DNA of 56,230 nt, taken from IMG/VR virus record IMGVR_UViG_3300023443_000297, positions 1 to 56,230 of that record; one strand, given 5' to 3'. Position numbers and translations under genes: made by a program. The notes below the pieces were generated by a model. That model did no database searches. It was given only the letters and a program-made list of their open reading frames with translations, and was not told the origin of the DNA. Source of the DNA: a virus (lineage: Duplodnaviria > Caudoviricetes). Below are positions 49,338 through 56,230 of this stretch, in pieces (positions within the stretch are counted from its first letter, which is position 1; the number at the start of each line of letters is the position of its first letter).

Positions 49338-50184
49338 GTAGCTGCTTTTGGTGGAGCAAGTTGTCCATTCTCATCAAGAAGCCTTATAGTCCCATCAACT
49401 ATACCTCTCTCTAAGTCCCAAGCCTCTTGATAGATATTCATTACCTCAGCATCCAAGGTTCGACCAGCATAGAAGGCGAGAATTTTAGCGATTGCCTCTG
49501 CTGTTGTTATGTTCACCTCAATGCCCATTATTCCCCTTCTATATCCTGGTGTCCGTTCTGACTCCACTGAGACGAGTATAGTGGAGGTTTAGAGTTGTCA
49601 TGGGTACTAACTTTGTTTGTCCTTGGCGATCACCTGCCGGACTTCAACATTTCCAAACACTAAAACCCAGGGATCCCAAGGATTCGGGGCTGCGAAGACC
49701 GTCTGATTTATCGCCACAACTACACCGGGAAGTCCGGGCACTGCCTCATTTACACTATGAGTAATATCCTCCCCATCCAATAGGATCATAATGCCATCTT
49801 GTTGACAGTCCCCAAATCGAACGGCTACATGTCCTTCATTTATCCGGTCACCCCCGATAGGTGAAAGTTTATGATATATGCTCAGGCTATCCACCATTTT
49901 CACTGCCCACGCGTGGGTGTCCGTTCTGACTCCACTCTAGCTTTTTCTGGCTTCACCTGAAGTAGTACTGGTAATGCTTGCTCAAGGTTCAGAGGGTGCA
50001 TGGAGATTAGTGGTTTCTGTTCCTGCTGGTCATGTTGGATTGCTGAGGTTTGTAGAGTTTCTTCTTCTATCAGGGCTTGAATGTTGTTTATCAAGCTATC
50101 TAGATCGGATAACCGTAATCTCAGCCTGCTAGCCTCGGCTGTATATTGGGAGAGGCGGCCTTCCAACCCTTGTACGAAATTCAT
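49334..50184 (-). other. Three small hypothetical genes between terS and terL
   Basis: ORFs 49900-50184, 49607-49903 and 49334-~49528. Confidence 0.55.
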
Positions 50185-50726
50185 AACGCTCCAGATTCCT
50201 GATGACCATTCTGATTCTGGTCCGTGTCATGGTCCAGATGCCATTGAGGAGATTCAATTACCCCCATATCTGAATCATCGCTACCACCGTCATCCTCATT
50301 GGCACTGCCCGGCGTATCAAAGCTAATGGTGAAATTGAGATTGCGCTGGTCTATCTTGACAGGCGCATCCAGACCCAGCAGCTTGCATCGGCGGTCGATG
50401 CACTTAAGAACACCATCCAGGAGACTGATAAAAGGCTCAAGCTCGTACGCCTCCCAGTAGGTAGCTTCAAGATCATTCAGCTTAGCTAGCTCATTAGCCT
50501 TCCGGAGATCCAACCGGAGATTGGTTTGCTGCTCCCACTGCTTCTGAACCATTTTGAGATCATAGCTGATCTGTGCTGGTGTGACATTGAGTTCCGCAGC
50601 TATTTTGTAATTGGGTATGCCGCGAAGATTCATACGGATTGCTTTAGAACGGTCAAGGTCACGTTGGAGATTAGAGCGCTTCCGTTGTGCTGGGTTTTGT
50701 GGATTAGATGAATTAGCTAAAGTCAT
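50181..50726 (-). CDS. terS: Terminase small subunit (HTH)
   Basis: IAAELNVTPAQISYDLK; RRCKLLGLDAP; upstream of terL. Confidence 0.8.
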   Translation of the reverse strand: MTLANSSNPQNPAQRKRSNLQRDLDRSKAIRMNLRGIPNYKIAAELNVTPAQISYDLKMVQKQWEQQTNLRLDLRKANELAKLNDLEATYWEAYELEPFISLLDGVLKCIDRRCKLLGLDAPVKIDQRNLNFTISFDTPGSANEDDGGSDDSDMGVIESPQWHLDHDTDQNQNGHQESGAL

Positions 50727-50809
50727 AGTGGTTATCTTATTAAAGATCGGACTCCGTTGGTGGTATAGGAGCAGATGTTGTAGCTGTTGTAGGCGTAGGT
50801 ACTTATGCA

Positions 50810-50838
50810 CTATAGGCGTGGGGCGGGATTGGCTGCAA
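50810..50838 (-). promoter_or_regulatory. Possible late promoter upstream of terS
   Basis: TTGCAG-N18-TATAGT. Confidence 0.4.
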
Positions 50839-51280
50839 GGGCTTGACAACTAGACAAGGGGTGTGGTATCATAATGGGCCTGAATCAGTTAGCTTTGCCC
50901 GTATACCCTGCAATGTCTGAATCCCAACCTCTGAGATAAAAACACCCCTTTTATGTGCGGGGTGTTTTCCGTTGGCAATATAACTAGAACCCTTATTTTC
51001 GACCTGAGCAAGAACTCCAAGTGTTAACCAAAGCTGGCAAGCCTCCTTTTGGGTCAGAGTAACTGTTATCATGCCTTCTCACTCCTCTCATTAAGCTGTC
51101 TAGGCTGGCCATTATAACCGGCTGAAGCTACTGGGTACTGGCGGGGTCTGGTTATCAAACGCTCGGACCTTACCACACTTTTTACATACACCGGGGCTCA
51201 TGCGTCTACTGTTGGACACCTCAATCAGCCAGTGATGGACGCACCTAGTAGGATCCCGGGCAGTGCCCCTGGCGGTGCTA

Positions 51281-53776
51281 CTACTCGCAACTGGTGAATC
51301 CACACGCAAGGCAGACATCGCAACCCCCTCTCTTGGTCATTACTTTTTGCGAGCACTTGGGGCATATTGCGCCAAGATTACTAGTTCCATCAAAATAGGA
51401 ATCCAAAATAGTCTTAGCCGCTTTGGGTGTTATTTCTTCCTCGTCCACGTCTACACTACCCTCCTCATTACCAAGCTCACCAGCTATAGCATAGCTCAGA
51501 GCATCATAAACCGAGGTCACTAACCGACCATCTACCCAGGCTGAATGACCACAATCGATACCCCTAAGTTGTTCAATTATGACACTGGAATCCACATCAG
51601 ATCGCAAAGCCATAGATATCAGACGGCCTACTGCTGTCGCTCCTGCTCTGACACAGGGGTTATTCTCTGCTGGAGTTAGGAATACCTCTACTGGCTGACC
51701 ATCATTTAGGCTGGTGTTAACAGTGAAGAACCAGGAGCCATGACCGGTATTGGAATGGATGGTATGGCCGGGGAGGGATCGCGGTCTGGGTTGGGGCTTG
51801 CTATGGGTATGGGTGTGGGTTTGTTGGGACTGCGACTTACTGATGTGGTCTGCAGGTTCATAGTTAGGATTCCATTGGTCCCAAGTCCGGACTGGCATAA
51901 CTGGTATAACTGGCATAACTGGCGCTGTCCAAGACTTAAACACTGGGAGATCAGATAACTCAATGGGTACATCGCCGGTGTTATGGATCTCAAAAGTCTT
52001 AAGCTCGGGCTTAGGGTTAGGTCGCCTACCGACCTCCTCAACTGAGCTAAGAGAGCTAAGGATCTGGGTCCCCTTGCTGTTGTCCCTATACACAGTGACG
52101 GCCTTACAGCCTAGATTATGTGCGAGCTTGAAAGCGTCACTGATGTCCTTTACAGTAGCAGATTCGGGTAGGTTTATGGTTTTGCTAATGCTGTTCGTAA
52201 TTCCAGATTGCCAAGCTGCCTGCATTCGGACGTGGTTCTCTGGGGATATCTGGTGAGCAGTGCGGAATAGGTTCAGTTTCTCCTTTCCGATTTGTGACTC
52301 TATCTCTCCAGGACTCATTAGATAATAGGGGCCTTCAGGCAGCATTTCCCATAGAGGTGCTGGGCATTCTATGAAGGTAGACCTATTTTCGCCATCGGAG
52401 TGCCAGATAGCCTTGCGTTCCCACATGAGAGCGTAATGGGGCTCAATACCGCTGGAGCAGCCTGCGATTATGGAGATGCTACCGGTAGGAGCGATGCAGG
52501 TGACTGAGGAATTGCGATAACCGTATTCCGCTATTACATCGGAGTTTCTTCTGAGACTGGACTCAGGCCAGTTGGGGAATGCACCCTTTTCCTTAGCCAG
52601 TGCAGCAGAGGCATCCCAGGCGGTAATGGTTATGAACTGGCTGAGAGTCTTGGCTAGGTCTAGAGCGGTATTGGAGTCATACTTGATGCCCATACGCACT
52701 AGGAGATCAGCCCAGCCCATCACACCAAGACCTATGCGACGGGTAAGTTGATTCATCTCGGAGAACCGGGCAACTGGGAATTGGTTGACATCTATCACGT
52801 TGTCTAAGAACCGGACTGCTGTATAGATATCGTCCTCTAATAGAGCATAATTAATTACAGTGTCCCCAGTAGGGACAAGGCGGTCCAAAGTAGCATAGAG
52901 GCTGAGGTTGAGGGAGCCTAGGTTACAGCTAGAGCCATCCTCTAGGAATTCCTCACCGCAGGGGTTGGAGGACTGGATAGGGCCTAGATTGGCATTGGGG
53001 GCATCTTCGTGCACCCGGTCCATGAACACCACACCAGGATCACCGGTAGCCCAGGCTGATTGACAGATGGCATCCCATATCTCTTTGGCATCTACAGTTC
53101 TCACCACATCGCCGTTCCTAGGGTTAATAAGAGATACGAATTCTCCCATTGCCCCCTTAGACAGAGTATCCATGAACTCATCGGTGATCTGCACACTGAT
53201 GTTGAAATTAGACAGGGTATCAGTTGGCTTCAGGCACTTATCCTTGCAGTGGATGAACTCCATTATGTCAGGGTGAGTGCAGTGAAGTTGAGCCATATGC
53301 GCCCCCTGTCTGATCGCACCTTGAGTAAAGGTGCTGCCTCCGACTGAGTACCAATTGAGAGTGCGTACCGGTCCACAAGCACCATCCTCATGAGGACCTA
53401 CTTTATCACCAGCTGGGCGAAGGCGAGATAGACCAAATCCTACACCACCGCCAGAAGCCTCAATTAGGGCCATCTGTGCACCTACTTTGATGATGGACTC
53501 CAGGGTATCGGTGGGTGAGTCCACGAAGCAGGCAGATAGACAGTGGGTTGAGTTGGGAACGCCAGCATGTGCTAGGGTAGGGGTATTGGGGAGGAACCGG
53601 AGGGAGGACATGAGGTTGTAGAACTTGTCCTCCCACTTATCCACCCTATTTGGAACCGTCTCAGCGCCAGCTACATGCCTAGCTACACGGCGGAACATAT
53701 CATCCGGAGTCTCACCGTGCTGTATGTAGGGGCGCTGGTAGATAACCTCAAGAGCATTACGAGTTAGCTGGACCAT
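51281..53776 (-). CDS. nrdJ: Class II (B12-dependent) ribonucleotide reductase with C-terminal TSCPD/Zn domain
   Basis: PNTPTL, SACFV, SNPCGE, CNLGSLNL, IAPTGSIS..GCSSGIEP; no beta subunit in the genome. Confidence 0.92.
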   Translation of the reverse strand: MVQLTRNALEVIYQRPYIQHGETPDDMFRRVARHVAGAETVPNRVDKWEDKFYNLMSSLRFLPNTPTLAHAGVPNSTHCLSACFVDSPTDTLESIIKVGAQMALIEASGGGVGFGLSRLRPAGDKVGPHEDGACGPVRTLNWYSVGGSTFTQGAIRQGAHMAQLHCTHPDIMEFIHCKDKCLKPTDTLSNFNISVQITDEFMDTLSKGAMGEFVSLINPRNGDVVRTVDAKEIWDAICQSAWATGDPGVVFMDRVHEDAPNANLGPIQSSNPCGEEFLEDGSSCNLGSLNLSLYATLDRLVPTGDTVINYALLEDDIYTAVRFLDNVIDVNQFPVARFSEMNQLTRRIGLGVMGWADLLVRMGIKYDSNTALDLAKTLSQFITITAWDASAALAKEKGAFPNWPESSLRRNSDVIAEYGYRNSSVTCIAPTGSISIIAGCSSGIEPHYALMWERKAIWHSDGENRSTFIECPAPLWEMLPEGPYYLMSPGEIESQIGKEKLNLFRTAHQISPENHVRMQAAWQSGITNSISKTINLPESATVKDISDAFKLAHNLGCKAVTVYRDNSKGTQILSSLSSVEEVGRRPNPKPELKTFEIHNTGDVPIELSDLPVFKSWTAPVMPVIPVMPVRTWDQWNPNYEPADHISKSQSQQTHTHTHSKPQPRPRSLPGHTIHSNTGHGSWFFTVNTSLNDGQPVEVFLTPAENNPCVRAGATAVGRLISMALRSDVDSSVIIEQLRGIDCGHSAWVDGRLVTSVYDALSYAIAGELGNEEGSVDVDEEEITPKAAKTILDSYFDGTSNLGAICPKCSQKVMTKRGGCDVCLACGFTSCE

Positions 53777-53981
53777 TAGGGTATTTTCCTCCTAGTGCGT
53801 TTAGCTTTCTTAGTATTGGTCTGGTGCTGCCCCCGATAGGCTGGTCATAGAAACTGCTGCCGCAATGGGGGCATTTATCTGGGATCTCAACTCTGCTATC
53901 CCAACAGTGACCACACCGAACACAGTGGTGATAATCGTGACAACCTGAATCAGAGTCCAGTTGAGCCATAACCCTTGTCAC
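53757..53981 (-). CDS. Small zinc-ribbon protein
   Basis: CVRCGHCW...CPHCGS. Confidence 0.55.
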   Translation of the reverse strand: MTRVMAQLDSDSGCHDYHHCVRCGHCWDSRVEIPDKCPHCGSSFYDQPIGGSTRPILRKLNALGGKYPNGPANS

Positions 53982-54381
53982 CTCTATCGGATTGGGATAA
54001 TTTGTCCACTAGCAGAACATTGGGGGTTACCAGGGGAATAAGTACCAACTGAGCTATGCGATCCCCCACTTTGATATGAACATCCTCACCGTTTAGGTTA
54101 AGGACTGTGGCATTGACAGGTCCCCGATAACCATTATCCAAGACGCCAGTCATTACGTGCAGACCGCGAACCTGTAGAGATGAGGATCTGCCTGCTATAA
54201 GTCCCCACGTTCCAACGGGAGGCTCAATGTTAAGATTGTGCCCTATATTGACAACTATGTTAGGGGGGATAATGTAGTCCTCTGCAACATAGAGATCATA
54301 GCCACAGTCGCCTAGGTGGGACTTGGTTGGTAAGTGGAAATAGATGCCATGGTTAATCACACTGACTTTGATAGTTAACAT
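53950..54381 (-). CDS. dut: Trimeric dUTPase
   Basis: GYDL, GRSS, GVLDNGYRG, RIAQL, RGDKGYGSTG. Confidence 0.93.
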   Translation of the reverse strand: MLTIKVSVINHGIYFHLPTKSHLGDCGYDLYVAEDYIIPPNIVVNIGHNLNIEPPVGTWGLIAGRSSSLQVRGLHVMTGVLDNGYRGPVNATVLNLNGEDVHIKVGDRIAQLVLIPLVTPNVLLVDKLSQSDRGDKGYGSTGL

Positions 54382-55439
54382 TATAAAGCTGCTCCCACTC
54401 TGCACCGTGTAGCCAATTGCGGAGTTATTATACCAGGCCCAGTGCTAACCCATTTGATATCAATATCGCAGACCTCCTCAAGAGAATCCAATGTCTTACC
54501 GGCGAACTCTCTAATATCATCCTCGTTAGTGGAGTTCTTTAGAAATGGGTGTAGATAGTCTAAGAAGGTCAGGCAAACAAAATCAGGCCTGCATACCTTA
54601 ACCATACGGCGGATCTGGTCAGGGTCGAACTCACCGACACGCCTGACTCTGCCAGTGACTGTAGTGTATTCTTCAGGCTGGCCTATGCTACCCCAGGTGG
54701 TCTCATGTGCCATTGGACCTGAGGTACCTGCAACACGTATAGGGAAGGTTCGGACCACTGCAATTACCTGGTGATCAAGTCGGGAGGATAATCCGGCGTC
54801 ATTTAGGATCTGACCTGGGGTGACATCACGGCTGGTAGTGTACGGGTAATGTCCGGAATGAGTCAGGCTGAGATCGAAGCCTTGGGTAGACTCAATGATG
54901 ATGTCCTTACCCGAGTCGTATATGGAGTTGAGTTCATCCGAAACTGAGCCTACTTTGAAGTTGGGATTGGTAAGGTGCTGGGCTAGTTGGGCTGACCTTC
55001 TTGTGTGGTTGGCTCGGGCACTACCGATGCCCTCCTTAGTTGAGGATATAGAGGACATCATGGTTGATTTCTGTTCTTCGATTTTGTCACTGTCTTGGAT
55101 GATGATTGCAGACCGGTCAATAACTAACCTGGGAACTAACCTGGGAGGACGATCTTCTAACAAAATACTGGTCTGGGCAAGCTCATTGGTAAGAACCTTG
55201 TAATCTATCAGGGAACCAGGCCCGATGAACAGTGGGACATCAGGCAAGTGCCAAGCGCAGGGGATTTGCCGCATCTTATAGGGGATCTGGTTATAGGTCA
55301 TGGTATGTCCAGCGTTGGGTCCTCCTGTGCGAACCACTGCACCAAGAGTGCCAGAGGAATAGAGCTTGGTAGCGAGATAGGCTACGAATTCACCCTTGCC
55401 CTCAGAACCAGCTTGGCCTCCCATTACTAAGTAGATCAC
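54381..55439 (-). CDS. purZ: PurZ0-like adenylosuccinate-synthase homologue (putative N6-succino-2-amino-dAMP synthase)
   Basis: GQAGSEGKG (Ser in place of PurA Asp13), NAGHT, STKEGIG, RTFPIRVAGTSGP, TTVTGRVRRV, LTFLD. Confidence 0.75.
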   Translation of the reverse strand: MIYLVMGGQAGSEGKGEFVAYLATKLYSSGTLGAVVRTGGPNAGHTMTYNQIPYKMRQIPCAWHLPDVPLFIGPGSLIDYKVLTNELAQTSILLEDRPPRLVPRLVIDRSAIIIQDSDKIEEQKSTMMSSISSTKEGIGSARANHTRRSAQLAQHLTNPNFKVGSVSDELNSIYDSGKDIIIESTQGFDLSLTHSGHYPYTTSRDVTPGQILNDAGLSSRLDHQVIAVVRTFPIRVAGTSGPMAHETTWGSIGQPEEYTTVTGRVRRVGEFDPDQIRRMVKVCRPDFVCLTFLDYLHPFLKNSTNEDDIREFAGKTLDSLEEVCDIDIKWVSTGPGIITPQLATRCRVGAAL

Positions 55440-55508
55440 CGTGTCACCTCCTGTAGTATTTAGTTTATCTCAAGCTCATGCTGATCAACACCGGGCCGTT
55501 TGATTATC

Positions 55509-55820
55509 CTAGCTTCCATTTCGCACCTTTTGTGCCTCTTGTGCCTCTTGCCTCAAGAGCCGGTAGTTAACGGCATCAGCGTAGTCATCATCTTCAAAGC
55601 CAAGCCATTCCTCAACACTACGGTCATCATGTATGTACTTGATAGTACCTTTCACCATGTTCTGTGCCAGCCTCAGTGCGAATTGCTCTATCAACCTAAG
55701 CTTAGGTTGGAGCCGGTCGTATTCATCATCTGTTAGGCCGAGACCGGATGCAGTTATGAGGACACGGAAGTTCTCGCTATCGCAAGCCTCGCTTAATCTG
55801 GATTCCCAATCCTTGGTCAT
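55509..55820 (-). CDS. MazG-like all-alpha dNTP pyrophosphatase candidate
   Basis: KGTIKY...EEWL..EDDDYADAVNY; adjacent to purZ. Confidence 0.5.
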   Translation of the reverse strand: MTKDWESRLSEACDSENFRVLITASGLGLTDDEYDRLQPKLRLIEQFALRLAQNMVKGTIKYIHDDRSVEEWLGFEDDDYADAVNYRLLRQEAQEAQKVRNGS

Positions 55821-55831
55821 GCCTTCCCCCT

Positions 55832-56137
55832 TTAGGTTATCTTCTCACCGTCCATGATCTCCTGAAGGTCCTTAAGAACATCGAATTCATAGATGAATTG
55901 AAGAGTAGACGCTATGCCAGATATCATACCAAAAACGGCATCAGGACACCTATCGTACTCTTCGGCCTCTACTAACAATTTAGGTATGTAAACCCTAAGA
56001 GCCTCATACAAATGCTCATTGGGCGTATACCCATGCTGCTGGCCCCCTTCAGTTGCGTGTTTCATTAGATCGGCTACTGTTCTAGTTTCCATTAGGCGGT
56101 ACCCCCCTTGCTGGTTAAGGTTGTCCATAATGTCCAT
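55832..56137 (-). CDS. Hypothetical all-alpha protein
   Basis: 101-aa ORF upstream of the MazG-like gene. Confidence 0.5.
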   Translation of the reverse strand: MDIMDNLNQQGGYRLMETRTVADLMKHATEGGQQHGYTPNEHLYEALRVYIPKLLVEAEEYDRCPDAVFGMISGIASTLQFIYEFDVLKDLQEIMDGEKIT

Positions 56138-56230
56138 TGTGCCTTAGTCCTCTATACTGGTATCGTACTGGGTGTAGGGAGTGCTAGAGGTGGCAAAGGC
56201 GATGATCTCCGGGTCTACACCGCGCTCTAG
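56087..56230. repeat. Terminal direct repeat, copy 2
   Basis: Identical to 1-144; implies a unit genome of 56,086 bp. Confidence 0.95.

Noticed and set aside
54381-55439. Ordinary purA auxiliary metabolic gene
   Set aside because: The catalytic Asp of GDEGKG is replaced by Ser, and the dNTP-metabolism context fits PurZ/PurZ0 better
260-55857. Plus-strand ORFs in the six-frame track (e.g. 17523..17981, 23998..24501, 47075..47587)
   Set aside because: They are antisense shadows of well-supported minus-strand genes, with no RBS or motifs

Overview
The window is an apparently complete, circular tailed-phage genome of about 56.1 kb (siphovirus-like; bases 1-144 are repeated at 56087-56230). Essentially all credible genes lie on the minus strand. 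Replication and recombination genes: PolA fused to an N-terminal family-4 uracil-DNA glycosylase and split by an HNH intein, an ERCC4 nuclease, an AAA ATPase, a PD-(D/E)xK exonuclease, a DinG helicase, a DNA methyltransferase and a four-iteron origin candidate. There is also an array of small early genes and HK97-type head and long-tail genes. Nucleotide-metabolism genes: class II RNR, dUTPase, a PurZ0-like adenylosuccinate-synthase homologue and a MazG-like protein. The most striking feature sits inside the late operon. Between terminase and portal lies a nonulosonic (sialic-like) acid pathway: PseB-like dehydratase, two NeuB synthases, an oxidoreductase, a class III aminotransferase, a CMP-transferase and a GNAT. 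A CstII/Maf-like transferase sits next to the capsid genes, and the virion proteins are rich in Ser-Ser motifs. Together these suggest a phage-encoded system for sialylating the virion. The PurZ0-like gene separately suggests 2-aminoadenine (Z) DNA. No endolysin, integrase, primase, tRNA or CRISPR array was recognised. All calls come from reading motifs by eye; no searches were run.
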